NCBI GenBank assembly: GCA_012519315.1
Contig: JAAYQM010000001.1
Location: 10,730-74,729, forward strand
Origin: Clostridiales bacterium
GTDB taxonomy: Bacteria; Bacillota; Clostridia; Oscillospirales; CAG-272
DNA length: 64,000 nucleotides
Direction of reading: 5' to 3'
Part shown: piece by piece, positions 48,133 to 58,293 of the stretch
Numbering within the stretch: position 1 is the stretch's first letter
Layout of the letters: each line of letters starts with the position of its first letter
The notes under the pieces: generated by a model
What the model was told of the DNA's origin: nothing
Databases searched by the model: none
Seen by the model: the letters and a program-made list of their open reading frames with translations, nothing else
Program-made: the position numbers and the translations under genes

Positions 48133-48816
48133 ATGATAAAAATAGCAGTAGACGGTCCGAGTGGGGCCGGCAAAAGCAGTCTCGCTAAGGCCATTGCAAA
48201 GCAGCTTGGTGTTGTATATGTTGACACGGGGGCGCTTTATAGAGCGGTTGGCCTTTATATTCTGCGTTCCGACATAGACCCGACCGATGCTGACACTGTA
48301 ACCGGCCAATTGAACAATATTACCGTTGAATTAAAGTTTGTCGATGGGGTACAGCGTATTTATCTTTGCGGAGAGGATGTCAGCGAGGAAATCAGAACTC
48401 CTACTGTCGCAAAATATGCATCAGATGTTTCGTCTATAGGTGCGGTACGGACCTTTTTGCTTGATACACAACGAAATATTGCAGCCACAACCAGTGTTAT
48501 CATGGACGGACGGGATATCGGCACTGTAATCATGCCCGATGCCGACGTGAAGATTTTTCTTACAGCATCTGCGGAGGCACGCGCTCTTCGCCGCTATAAC
48601 GAGCTTGTGAAAAAGGGAGCGTCGGTCAGCTATGACGAGATTTTCAGCGGAATGCAGCAGCGGGACGCCAATGATAGCGGACGAGCCATTGCCCCTGCCG
48701 TTCCTGCCGAGGATGCCGTTATACTTGACAATTCGAACTACAGCGAGGAAGAAACCCTTGCAGCGGCAATGAAGATTATTAAATCGGGCCTTGAGGCTGC
48801 GGGAAAAAGCATATGA
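48133..48816 (+). CDS. cmk: Cytidylate kinase
   Basis: Has IAVDGPSGAGKSS, YVDTGA.YR, and GRDIGTV..PDA..K.FL.AS.E.RA.RR. Confidence 0.9.
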   Translation: MIKIAVDGPSGAGKSSLAKAIAKQLGVVYVDTGALYRAVGLYILRSDIDPTDADTVTGQLNNITVELKFVDGVQRIYLCGEDVSEEIRTPTVAKYASDVSSIGAVRTFLLDTQRNIAATTSVIMDGRDIGTVIMPDADVKIFLTASAEARALRRYNELVKKGASVSYDEIFSGMQQRDANDSGRAIAPAVPAEDAVILDNSNYSEEETLAAAMKIIKSGLEAAGKSI

Positions 48817-49412
48817 ATTTTTACATGAGAGCGCATCGCCTGGTTGCCGGACTTGTTCGCTTTCTGCTACGGGTTAAGATAACCGGTGCCGAAAATGTAC
48901 CGCAGACGGGAGGATGTATCGTTTGCGCCAACCATACCTCTATGCTGGACGTATTTGCGTTGTCAGCATCATTTAAGCGACAGTTGCGCTATCTTGCAAA
49001 GGTTGAGCTTTTCAGGATTCCCATTCTATCCTCCCTTATTCGTGCGCTCGGTGCTTATTCTGTAGACCGAGGGAAAAGCGATGTGGGCGCTATGAAAAAA
49101 ACTATCTCTCTCCTAAAGGAGGGTGAATTGGTCTGCATGTTCCCCCAGGGGACTCGGTATAAGGGAATAGACCCCAAGGATACTAAGATTAAAAGCGGTG
49201 TTGCGATGGCGGCCTATCATGCCCGGGTTCCCGTTCTGCCCGTTTATATTCGGCTTAAGAATTACAAATATGCGCCTTTCCGCCGGACAGAGGTTATTAT
49301 CGGCAAGCCGATTAGCTTTGAGTCTCTTGGCTTTGTTGGCGGCGGTTCGGGGGAATATATGGATGTTTCTCGCAGGATTCTTGAGGAGATCTGCGAGTTA
49401 AATCCTTCATGA
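48813..49412 (+). CDS. plsC: 1-acyl-sn-glycerol-3-phosphate acyltransferase
   Basis: Has the NHTSMLD (HX4D) and FPQGTR motifs. ATGA overlap with cmk. Confidence 0.8.
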   Translation: MNFYMRAHRLVAGLVRFLLRVKITGAENVPQTGGCIVCANHTSMLDVFALSASFKRQLRYLAKVELFRIPILSSLIRALGAYSVDRGKSDVGAMKKTISLLKEGELVCMFPQGTRYKGIDPKDTKIKSGVAMAAYHARVPVLPVYIRLKNYKYAPFRRTEVIIGKPISFESLGFVGGGSGEYMDVSRRILEEICELNPS

Positions 49413-49453
49413 GCAGCCGAACATAGTATTATGATTAAAGGATATTCCGAAAG

Positions 49454-51451
49454 ATGAAAATAACAGTTGCGAAAAATGCGGGCTTTTGCTTTGGGGTGAA
49501 AAGAGCGACCGATTATGTTGAAGGTTTGATTAGCGAGACGAAGGGAGAGGCTAAAATTTACACCCTCGGCAAGCTGATACACAACAGAATTTACAACGAG
49601 GAGCTTTGTCGGCAGGGGATTGAGGAAATTTCCATAGAAGATACAGACCGCATCGCCGCCCTTTCTGATACAGAGGGACGAAAAGTGGTGGTCATTCGAA
49701 CTCACGGGGTTTCCAGAGAGGTAGAAGAGAGGCTGCAAAGTCTTTCCGCCTCTCATGAAAATTTTGAGGTGTCTGATCAAACCTGCCCGTATGTTAAGCG
49801 TATTCATAAAATTGCCGCTGAAAATTCCGGTGATGATGTTCTGTTTATTATTATCGGCAGTATTGATCATCCAGAGGTTGCGGGGATCATGAGCTATGTC
49901 AAGGGGCCTTGTCATGTTTTTGCCGATAGCACCATGCTTCAGGCGTTTGTTGATAAGGAAACCGATAGTGAGCGCAAGGTTGTAATGGTTGCTCAGACTA
50001 CACAAAGGATTTCAGAATGGAAAAAATGTCAAGGAATTATCAAAAAGGTATATACAAAACCGCTTATTTTTGATACAATATGTAGTGTTACCGAAAACAG
50101 ACAGCTTGAGGTGGAAGAACTGTCGAAAAACTCTGATATCATGATTGTTATCGGAGGAAGGGACAGCTCAAATACCGGAAAGCTGTATGATTTGTGTAGG
50201 GTAAACTGCAAAAATACGCAGTGGATAGAAAGTGCGGACGAGCTGAAAATTGACTTTAATAAACAGAATCTTAAAATTGGCATTGCGGCCGGGGCCTCTA
50301 CTCCGAGTCGTATTATTGAGGAGGTATTTTTGGTTATGAGCAAAGAAACAACTAGCGAAAACTTTGCGCAAATGCTGGAAGAATCAATTAAAACATTAAA
50401 TACAGGAGATACAGTCACCGGTGTGGTTACATATATTTCGTCAAACGAGATACATGTAGACCTTGGAACAAAGGTTACAGGAATTATCACTCATGACCAG
50501 ATTACCGATGATCCCACCGAAAAAATTGAGGATCTGTTGAAGATCGGAGATGAAGTTTGCGCCTATGTAATGAAGGTTAGCGATATTGACGGCACCGCAA
50601 CCCTGTCTAAAAAGAGGGTCGATATAATTAACAATTGGAAGAAGATTGTTGATGCCGCAGCTGATGGTACGATTCTATCGGGAAAGATTGTTGAGGCTGC
50701 AAAGGGCGGTTATTTTATTATGCTGCATGGGATGAAGGTGTTTATTCCCGGCTCTATGTCCGGCATCCCTAAGAATACCGACCCTTCCCAGATTATCGGA
50801 ACAACACAGAAGGTTAAGATTGTTAAAATTAATGAGCAGCGTCGCCATGCCTATGCATCGATCCGGGCGGCTCAGCAGGACGAGCGCAAAAAGATGGAAG
50901 AGCAGTTCTGGTCTGAGATCGAGGAAGGCAAGCATTATAAAGGTATAGTAAAAAATATGACCTCATACGGCGCCTTTGTTGATATCGGCGGTGTGGATGG
51001 CATGATTCACAACAGCGAGCTTTCCTGGAAACGGATAAAGCATCCCTCCGAGGTTGTATCGATCGGTGATGTTGTTGATGTTTATGTCAAAGAATTCGAT
51101 CGTGAGAAGAATCGCATATCCCTCGGTTATAAAACCGAAGAGATGAACTCTTGGCATGAATTTGCCGAGAAATATAAGGTTGGTGATGTGGTCAGCGTTA
51201 GAATCGTCAGCATGATGCCTTTTGGCGCCTTTGCTGAAATTATTCCGGGTACCGATGGTCTGATACACATCTCACAGATTGCTCAGACAAGAATTGCAAA
51301 ACCGGCTGATGTCCTTCAGCTGGATCAGGTTGTTGATGCTAAAATTATCGATATCGACTATGAGAATCAGAAGGTCAGCCTTTCTATCCGCGCTCTGCTT
51401 GATGAAATTGAGGCACAGGTTGAGAGCATCGTTGCTTCTACCGAAGAATAA
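49454..51451 (+). CDS. ispH: Bifunctional 4-hydroxy-3-methylbut-2-enyl diphosphate reductase (IspH) / ribosomal protein S1-like (four S1 domains)
   Basis: N-terminal GFCFGVKRA, CPYV and IVIGG..SSNT. The C-terminal ~370 aa contain four repeats of G..V.G.V......G.FV. Confidence 0.9.
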   Translation: MKITVAKNAGFCFGVKRATDYVEGLISETKGEAKIYTLGKLIHNRIYNEELCRQGIEEISIEDTDRIAALSDTEGRKVVVIRTHGVSREVEERLQSLSASHENFEVSDQTCPYVKRIHKIAAENSGDDVLFIIIGSIDHPEVAGIMSYVKGPCHVFADSTMLQAFVDKETDSERKVVMVAQTTQRISEWKKCQGIIKKVYTKPLIFDTICSVTENRQLEVEELSKNSDIMIVIGGRDSSNTGKLYDLCRVNCKNTQWIESADELKIDFNKQNLKIGIAAGASTPSRIIEEVFLVMSKETTSENFAQMLEESIKTLNTGDTVTGVVTYISSNEIHVDLGTKVTGIITHDQITDDPTEKIEDLLKIGDEVCAYVMKVSDIDGTATLSKKRVDIINNWKKIVDAAADGTILSGKIVEAAKGGYFIMLHGMKVFIPGSMSGIPKNTDPSQIIGTTQKVKIVKINEQRRHAYASIRAAQQDERKKMEEQFWSEIEEGKHYKGIVKNMTSYGAFVDIGGVDGMIHNSELSWKRIKHPSEVVSIGDVVDVYVKEFDREKNRISLGYKTEEMNSWHEFAEKYKVGDVVSVRIVSMMPFGAFAEIIPGTDGLIHISQIAQTRIAKPADVLQLDQVVDAKIIDIDYENQKVSLSIRALLDEIEAQVESIVASTEE

Positions 51452-51553
51452 TAAGATACCTGCTGATTTAAATGGGCTGTCTCACCTTGTGGGACAGCCC
51501 TTCTATCAAGCTTAGATGATTGAACAAATGTGATATTTTGGGGGACTCAAATC

Positions 51554-53296
51554 GTGATTCGACGTTTTCTTAGATATTATAAGCCGCACTGGAGGCTTTT
51601 TGCCGCCGATATGTTTTGTGCGCTGATTATCGCCCTTAGCGACCTTTTTTATCCTATAATAACAAGAAAGATAATTAATATTTATATTCCGCAGAAGGAA
51701 ATCAGGCTGGTTGTAATCTTTTGCTCTGTGTTGCTGCTCATCTATTTGCTGAAAATGGTATTGAATTATTTTGTTCAATATTACGGGCATCTTGTGGGCG
51801 TCAGAATGCAGGCTGATATGCGCCGAGATGTTTTTAAGCACTTGCAGGGACTTCCCCTCAAATATTTTGACAACAACAAAACAGGCAGCATTATGTCCCG
51901 TATTACCAATGACCTGATGGATGTGTCCGAGCTGGCCCACCACGGTCCTGAGGACTTGTTTCTGTCGGTTATTTTGCTTGTAGGCTCCTTCGCTATTATG
52001 GCGAGTATAAACTTGTGGCTTGCCTTGATTGTATTTATGGCCCTTCCTCTGATGATTGCCTTTGCGGCAAAGATGCGCACTAAAATGAGTGCCGCCTTTA
52101 CCCAGACGCGGGTTGAAATTTCCGAGATTAATGCAAATCTGGAGAACAGTATCTCAGGCATCAGAGTTTCTAAGGCCTACACAAACACCGATTATGAGAT
52201 CGAGCATTTTAACGAGAGCAATAGCCGCTTTGTTTTGGCAAGAAAGAATGCCTATCGTGCTATGGCCGAGTTTTCTTCTGTTACCGGCTTTATCAGCGAT
52301 TTTCTTAATGTTGTTGTGTTGATTTCCGGCGCCTTGTTCTTGATTTCAGGACAGATTGATTTTGGCGATTTTGCAGCATTTATTCTGTATGTCAATGTCT
52401 TCTTAGGTCCGATAAAACGCCTTATAAACTTTGTTGAGCAGTATCAAAACGGAATGAGCGGCTTTAAGCGTTTTTGCGAGATTATGGAAACCGAGCCGGA
52501 GAAGGATAGTGAGGATGCCATTGACATTGTTGACGTCAAGGGGGATATCCGGTTTGAAAAGGTAAGCTTTTCCTATGATGAGAGCCGAAAGGTGCTTGAG
52601 GATATTTCTTTTGAGGTTAAGGCCGGCAAGACCCTTGCCCTTGTAGGTCCTTCGGGGGGCGGGAAAACTACAATATGCAATATCATTCCGCGATTTTATG
52701 ACATCGGGTCGGGCGGGGTTTATATTAATAATACCAATATTAAAAAAATCAAGATTAAAAGTTTGCGTGAGCAGATCGGGATCGTGGCGCAGGATGTTTT
52801 TCTTTTTAATGATACAATATATGCGAATATTGCGTATGGCGCGCCGGATGCCGCACCGGAGGCTGTTTATGAAGCGGCGAAGTTGGCGAATATCCACGAT
52901 TATATCCAGTCGCTCCCTGACGGTTATGATACGATAGTAGGGGAGAGAGGGGTGAAGCTGTCCGGCGGACAAAAGCAGAGAATCTCAATTGCCCGTGTCT
53001 TTTTAAAGGATCCGCCGATTTTAATCTTAGATGAGGCAACCTCGGCGCTGGATAATGCTACCGAGCAGATGATACAGGCAAGTCTTGAGCAGCTCTGCCG
53101 CGGGAGAACAACAATTGTCGTGGCCCATAGGCTGACAACGGTTCGGGGTGCCGATGAGATTATTGTTATTACCGATGAGGGCATAGCAGAGCAGGGAAGT
53201 CATGAAGAGCTGCTTTGTAAAAACGGGATATACGCCGAGCTTTATCATTCTCAGTTTAAAAGATCAGGCGAGGGTATCTCTGAACAGCTTTCTTAA
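51554..53296 (+). CDS. ABC exporter, fused TMD-NBD half-transporter (MsbA/ABCB type)
   Basis: Six-TM domain. Walker A GPSGGGKTT, signature LSGGQKQRISIAR, Walker B ILILDEATSALD. The GTG start (RBS ggggga) is preferred over the track start at 51530. Confidence 0.85.
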   Translation: MIRRFLRYYKPHWRLFAADMFCALIIALSDLFYPIITRKIINIYIPQKEIRLVVIFCSVLLLIYLLKMVLNYFVQYYGHLVGVRMQADMRRDVFKHLQGLPLKYFDNNKTGSIMSRITNDLMDVSELAHHGPEDLFLSVILLVGSFAIMASINLWLALIVFMALPLMIAFAAKMRTKMSAAFTQTRVEISEINANLENSISGIRVSKAYTNTDYEIEHFNESNSRFVLARKNAYRAMAEFSSVTGFISDFLNVVVLISGALFLISGQIDFGDFAAFILYVNVFLGPIKRLINFVEQYQNGMSGFKRFCEIMETEPEKDSEDAIDIVDVKGDIRFEKVSFSYDESRKVLEDISFEVKAGKTLALVGPSGGGKTTICNIIPRFYDIGSGGVYINNTNIKKIKIKSLREQIGIVAQDVFLFNDTIYANIAYGAPDAAPEAVYEAAKLANIHDYIQSLPDGYDTIVGERGVKLSGGQKQRISIARVFLKDPPILILDEATSALDNATEQMIQASLEQLCRGRTTIVVAHRLTTVRGADEIIVITDEGIAEQGSHEELLCKNGIYAELYHSQFKRSGEGISEQLS

Positions 53297-53302
53297 ATGC
53301 AC

Positions 53303-53343
53303 AAAAACCCGCACGATGAAATTTTTATCGTGCGGGTTTTTTT
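53303..53343. terminator. Bidirectional intrinsic terminator between convergent genes
   Basis: A5, then the cccgcacgat / atcgtgcggg stem, then T7. Confidence 0.8.
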
Positions 53344-53359
53344 ACTGCTATGTAGTGTT

Positions 53360-54484
53360 TTACTTATTGTTTATCATATCATAGACCATGAAAACATCGT
53401 TGATTTTTTTGAAATAAAAGGTTAGGTCCATGGGATATCTGTATTCCTCGGTAACGGTACGGTTTACAATCATAGTTCCCGTGTATCGGCATACAAAGAC
53501 ATCATCATTGAAGGCATAAAAATCGAAAGCGGTTGAGCCTTCAAATCGGAAGGAAATATGAGGAGTGTACCAATATCTTTCCGAGGTTGAAAGGTAAAAG
53601 TAAATTTTTGATGTTTGATCAAAGTATTTGCGCAGTTGGGCGGCGGAAGCATCCATTGTCAGGTACTTGGCATAGGTTTCCGCGGCGCTGATAACATAGG
53701 CGGAAAACTGCTCCTGCCAATCGGTATCATAGTTTATTTCCTCGGTATAAAGCTCTTCATTTTCGTCATAAACCAGGGTGCTCTCCCTTTCTTTTCGGTC
53801 GAGGACATGGGCAACCGGGTCGTTGAGAAGGCCGTCAACCTTATATATAATATAAGAGATACCGGGAACCCCTTCGGGAAGATGCTTGTTGACTTCGGTC
53901 GGGATTTCCTCGGATATGATATAATCGTCGGTTAAAGGAATGTCGTTGATATAGACGGTGCTGTTAGTCAGAGCTTTAACCAAAATGCTCTTGCTTGGCT
54001 GGTAAAAGGCTGTTATGGTATCAAGCTCCCAAAGATCAAATCGATGGTCATTCTTTTCGCCGCTTTTTCTTAGAGTAAATTCGGAAAACTTCTCATTATC
54101 GGCGAGAACTATGTATTTTTTCTTTTCACCGAGACCGGCCGAAACCTCCCGATAGGTTATTTCCTTCCCGTCCGTCATTGCTGTCATGTAGCGTACAAAG
54201 CCTTCTTTTCCGTCAAAGGTTGAGACCTCACAGTCTGCAACATCAAAAATTTTCTCAAAATCGCAGGGGTTATAATATGACTGGAAAACATCTTCGGCAA
54301 CATATTTGGGAAGTGAATTTTCATAGTCGTAAAGGAAAGAGGAGAGAGCGCCCAGACCGATAAAAATAGCTATAAATGCCGCAATCATTAGAGCGCCGTA
54401 TATAACATAAAACAATGGAAACTTGAATTTGCTTTTCTTGCCCCTCTTTTGGATAATGTTTCGGTTTCGCTTATGAAATTGCAT
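53360..54484 (-). CDS. Hypothetical membrane-anchored extracytoplasmic protein
   Basis: Basic N-terminus plus a TM helix (FYVIYGALMIAAFIAIFIGLGAL). No motif I can name. Last gene of the three-gene envelope cluster. Confidence 0.5.
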   Translation of the reverse strand: MQFHKRNRNIIQKRGKKSKFKFPLFYVIYGALMIAAFIAIFIGLGALSSFLYDYENSLPKYVAEDVFQSYYNPCDFEKIFDVADCEVSTFDGKEGFVRYMTAMTDGKEITYREVSAGLGEKKKYIVLADNEKFSEFTLRKSGEKNDHRFDLWELDTITAFYQPSKSILVKALTNSTVYINDIPLTDDYIISEEIPTEVNKHLPEGVPGISYIIYKVDGLLNDPVAHVLDRKERESTLVYDENEELYTEEINYDTDWQEQFSAYVISAAETYAKYLTMDASAAQLRKYFDQTSKIYFYLSTSERYWYTPHISFRFEGSTAFDFYAFNDDVFVCRYTGTMIVNRTVTEEYRYPMDLTFYFKKINDVFMVYDMINNK

Positions 54485-54527
54485 ATAAATCTATCCTTGC
54501 TTTACAATATTGAAAGGCTGAAAATGC

Positions 54528-55733
54528 TTATTTTGCCATGAAAAATGTGGGCATTCTACGTGGACCGTACAGAGAGGAGCTGACGTTGATGTGTTCTCCC
54601 TTATAAACCATGTGTGTTGAAGAGCCGCCGTCAAGATTGATGGCATTGACTGCTCCGTATTCCACCATGATATCAATCAGATCCGAATAGGAAGCGCCGA
54701 GGCTGTTCGGCATTCTTCCGTCGACACAAAGGAAGATAACCGCTCCGTCCTGCCTTTGCCCGATGGCGGTGCGGGGGTTAAGGCTGCCCGAATCCCCGCG
54801 AACGGTTGCCGGCTCGCCGTTTACGACAAGAACGGGACCAAAGCAGACACAGTCGCGTATGCCCATGTTGAGCGCCTGTTGACCGGACATATCCCCAACA
54901 ATGAGGACATTGTTTTTGTCAAATCCGACAACACCGCTGTATCGGAGATCGAGCCTGCCCCAGAGCAGCTTACCCTTTGAGATTGTCAGACCGATCGGTA
55001 CGTTGCCGGCGCCGACTCCGCCGTCGTCAGGAAAGCCGCCGCCGTTGATAGCGGCAATAGCTCCTTCTTTCTTAACGGCCTCCGCGATTCTGAGACCGGG
55101 GGCACCGCCGGTAAAATCACTGGATGTCGCAACATAGACTCTGGATGGATCTCTGATAATCATGATATATCCACGATAGGTTGCGCCTCGAATGGTTTCA
55201 AGGCGAATTCCATCGGGGTAATCCTTCCATTCGTCGTTATCTTCAATCTCATCCTCCCCTTTTTTGGGAGGGATGACAATCAGCGAAGGGTTGGTTACCT
55301 CCTCGAGATCGACTACCTGGTTGTTTTGTACAATTGTATCGATCTCCTCCTTACTAAAAAAGAGACGGGGAACAAATTTTGCCGCGCTCATTTCAAGGGT
55401 AGAGGTGACCAGCTTATCTCTTGCCGAGGGGCTTGGTCCATGGAATACGACGGCACAGACACCATAAAGTCCGGCCGCTGCAAGCAAAATTAAGGAAAAA
55501 AGAACAAGGGCAACCCTTCCCGCAATTTTAAGCAGGATTTTACTGATACTGCTTTTTTGATTGCGTACATGTGGGCGCTTTCTTACGTATAGCCGCTCTG
55601 TACGCGGAGGATTTATCCTGTTCGGTTTTGCTTGAGGCCTTGTTTTGATATATGTAGCAGATGATGTGGTAGACTTTTTTCTGGGAGAGGGTTTCTCAAT
55701 AACCGGGGAACCCCTTTTGATTTCGGAAGGCAT
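54528..55733 (-). CDS. Phosphodiester glycosidase (NAGPA/DUF2233) family protein, membrane-anchored
   Basis: Basic/Pro-rich N-terminus plus a TM helix. C-terminal AINGGGF, RTAIGQ and AINLDGGSS. Its start overlaps the stop of the upstream GT2 gene (TAATG). Confidence 0.7.
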   Translation of the reverse strand: MPSEIKRGSPVIEKPSPRKKSTTSSATYIKTRPQAKPNRINPPRTERLYVRKRPHVRNQKSSISKILLKIAGRVALVLFSLILLAAAGLYGVCAVVFHGPSPSARDKLVTSTLEMSAAKFVPRLFFSKEEIDTIVQNNQVVDLEEVTNPSLIVIPPKKGEDEIEDNDEWKDYPDGIRLETIRGATYRGYIMIIRDPSRVYVATSSDFTGGAPGLRIAEAVKKEGAIAAINGGGFPDDGGVGAGNVPIGLTISKGKLLWGRLDLRYSGVVGFDKNNVLIVGDMSGQQALNMGIRDCVCFGPVLVVNGEPATVRGDSGSLNPRTAIGQRQDGAVIFLCVDGRMPNSLGASYSDLIDIMVEYGAVNAINLDGGSSTHMVYKGEHINVSSSLYGPRRMPTFFMAK

Positions 55734-56815
55734 TATACGATATCATCCTTTCGTTTGAAAATTAAGTCTCTTTGTATCTTGAAGCTTATGAAAAATAAGA
55801 TAGAATCTATGACAATTTTAATAGCAGTGAGCAGAACATGGCCGCTTCCGCCTGCTAACAGGGAAAGCGAATAGACAACCCCTGCCGATATCAGCATTTG
55901 CGGGATGCAAAGAGCGTAGTATTTAAGAAAATTCTTTCGCTTACTATCATTGCTTTGAAAGACAATGCTGTTGTTGGAGAAAAAATTAAAAAGGGAGGAT
56001 ATGATTCTTGCAAGTATGGTGCTGAGAATAATTCTTTCCTCCTGCATATAGGGGATAAGCAGATAGGCAAAAAGATTGAATGTCGACAGGTCAATAATAA
56101 ATGACAATATTGAGCTGAGCATGAAGGCAAGAATTGTTTTATAAATCTTAAATGAGTCGATAATCGGGTTGAAATGCGAGCTTGCATTATCATCAAGATA
56201 AACGGTTTCGATTTTTACTTCCTCATAAGGAATGCCTAGCCTTTTCATTTCAAGGATCATATTTGTTTCATATTCAAATCGATCTCCCCTGATTTTAATA
56301 AAACTGGGAAGATAGCGTGCAGGGATAGCACGAAGTCCGGTCTGGGTATCTGAAAGGCGAATACCGCAACCGGTTCTGAAAATAAAGGAGGTTACCTTGT
56401 TCCCGAAAACACTGCGGGGAGGGATCCCCGGCAGGGAAAAGTCGCGACAACCGAAAATCACTTTGTTTTTACGTTCGACCATCGTGTTTGCGCAATTTAA
56501 AATATCGGCGGGCAGATGCTGATTGTCCCCGTCTATGGTAACGACGCCGGCTGTTTTAATCTCCCGCGACAGATAGTGGGAAAAAGCAGTTTTAAGCGCA
56601 GCCCCTTTCCCCCGATTAACCTCGTGGTATAGGACGGTGCATTGGGGGTGCCTTTTTACCTCGTCAAAATACTTAAGACAAGAGGGCTTGCTACCGTCAT
56701 TGACAATGATAATATCTGTAAAGCCGTATGCAATAACGCCGTTTACGATATCCAGCAACTTTTCGTCAGGATTATAGGAGGGCAAGACGATAGTTACTTT
56801 AGGGTCTGAGATCAT
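55733..56815 (-). CDS. Family-2 glycosyltransferase fused to a GtrA-like 4-TM domain
   Basis: Has VTIVLPSYNPDEKL, VNDGS, NRGKGAAL and IDGDNQH. The C-terminal ~130 aa form four TM helices (GtrA-like). The start is uncertain (56815 or 56893). Confidence 0.75.
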   Translation of the reverse strand: MISDPKVTIVLPSYNPDEKLLDIVNGVIAYGFTDIIIVNDGSKPSCLKYFDEVKRHPQCTVLYHEVNRGKGAALKTAFSHYLSREIKTAGVVTIDGDNQHLPADILNCANTMVERKNKVIFGCRDFSLPGIPPRSVFGNKVTSFIFRTGCGIRLSDTQTGLRAIPARYLPSFIKIRGDRFEYETNMILEMKRLGIPYEEVKIETVYLDDNASSHFNPIIDSFKIYKTILAFMLSSILSFIIDLSTFNLFAYLLIPYMQEERIILSTILARIISSLFNFFSNNSIVFQSNDSKRKNFLKYYALCIPQMLISAGVVYSLSLLAGGSGHVLLTAIKIVIDSILFFISFKIQRDLIFKRKDDIV

Positions 56816-57022
56816 ATTTCTGCATGCCCCTTTCCAGGTGAAAATTTTGTCAACGACTGTTATTATCATAACATAGTCAGCGCTAAATTTCAATTCAAAT
56901 TATATTAATCTTTCATAAAAAATATTGGCATGTCGGGATAAGACAGGCATATTCTTTAAGAAAAAACATAGCATTCTATATTATGACGAAAAAATAGCGG
57001 AAATGTTCCGTCTGATTTAATA

Positions 57023-58081
57023 TTAAGGAAGAATCATATCTTCGAAGCCATCGGTGTAAACCATGGTTTGGTCGTGCATGAGCCACATAGCCTCGACATC
57101 CTCAAGAGATTCAATCAAAGCGCGCCCCTCTTCATAGTCCATGCAGAAAATTGCAGTTGAGAGGCTGTCTGCCAGACCGGAGTGGGGGCATACAATAGTA
57201 ACCGATGTGAAAAACGGGGCGGGCATTAATGTGTTCGGATCGATAATGTGGTGTTGCTTTTCTCCGTCAACGATATAATATCGCTCATAGTCCCCGCTTG
57301 TGACAACTGATTTGTTATTTATCTTCAGGGAGACAATGTTCCCTTTATTATCGTCAAAAGGATCCCGAATCCCCACCTTCCACGGGGGACTTTCGTCCTG
57401 GTCGGCTTCGGGGGGCTTACCGCCGATTGCCCGTATGTTGCCGCCTACGCTTAAAAGCATATGGTCAACGCCTTTTTCAGTCATAGCGAGGGCAACTATC
57501 TCAGTGGCATATCCCTTGGCAACAGCGCCCACGTCAATCCGCATGAAGGGGTCGTCGAGATATACGGTAGAGTTTTCGGTGTCGATAATGATCTTGTCAA
57601 TATCGGTATGGGCGGATGCGTCGATAAGCTCGGAGGTGGGAGGGAGCTTGGCATTCTCCGGATCGTTTATGCCATCTGTACGGTAGTCGTGCCATATACT
57701 AAGGACAGATCCCATAGCAATGTTGCACTTTTCGTTTGTCAAGGTGTATATTTCCTTTGCGTAAAGCAAAAGGTCTATTATTTTTGCATCGACCTTTACC
57801 GGCATGATACCGGCGTTGTCGTTGATTGTTTTCAGATTGTTGATGTCGTTGTAATTGTTGTAAATGTCGTATAGCTGATGAAAAGCTTTAAGTTGGTTAT
57901 ATATTTCCTCTGCGTGGGCGGTAAATTCGGCCTTGCTGTTGGCATATCCGATGATCTGAGTAAAAGTATCAAACAGCTCAACAAATTCAGCAGAATATCT
58001 TTTAAGACCGGAGGATGAACAGCCGGGCATCAAAAGCAGAACAAGTGCTAGACAGAGACAAATTAATGAAAACCGCTTCAT
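57023..58081 (-). CDS. apbE: FAD:protein FMN transferase (ApbE/FmnB-type) lipoprotein
   Basis: Lipobox LLMPGC. Has GAVAKGYA and VVTSGDYERYY....G...HHIIDPNT. Confidence 0.85.
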   Translation of the reverse strand: MKRFSLICLCLALVLLLMPGCSSSGLKRYSAEFVELFDTFTQIIGYANSKAEFTAHAEEIYNQLKAFHQLYDIYNNYNDINNLKTINDNAGIMPVKVDAKIIDLLLYAKEIYTLTNEKCNIAMGSVLSIWHDYRTDGINDPENAKLPPTSELIDASAHTDIDKIIIDTENSTVYLDDPFMRIDVGAVAKGYATEIVALAMTEKGVDHMLLSVGGNIRAIGGKPPEADQDESPPWKVGIRDPFDDNKGNIVSLKINNKSVVTSGDYERYYIVDGEKQHHIIDPNTLMPAPFFTSVTIVCPHSGLADSLSTAIFCMDYEEGRALIESLEDVEAMWLMHDQTMVYTDGFEDMILP

Positions 58082-58254
58082 ATTCTTTACCGTGATTGAT
58101 GCATATACATAGGGGGCATCAATCTCCTTTGTCTGGAATCGTTATGCAGCTAAGGGACAAAAGCGGGATTACCGCTAAAGAAAGAGGGGGTAAGTATTAG
58201 TAATGCTGTGTTGGTTTATCGGAATGATGATAATCCTTTATAATCAACATAAGC

Positions 58255-58280
58255 AGAGAGGTAGAAAAATCTACCTCTCT
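58255..58280 (-). other. 10-bp perfect hairpin just after the lipoprotein gene stop, with no U-tract
   Basis: agagaggtag / ctacctctct with a 6-nt loop. Confidence 0.4.
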
Positions 58281-58293
58281 TAGCTTTCTGCAG

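Noticed and set aside
49262-50005. 247-aa minus-strand ORF
   Set aside because: It is antisense to the well-supported plsC 3' end and the ispH 5' half. It has no RBS and no recognisable domain.
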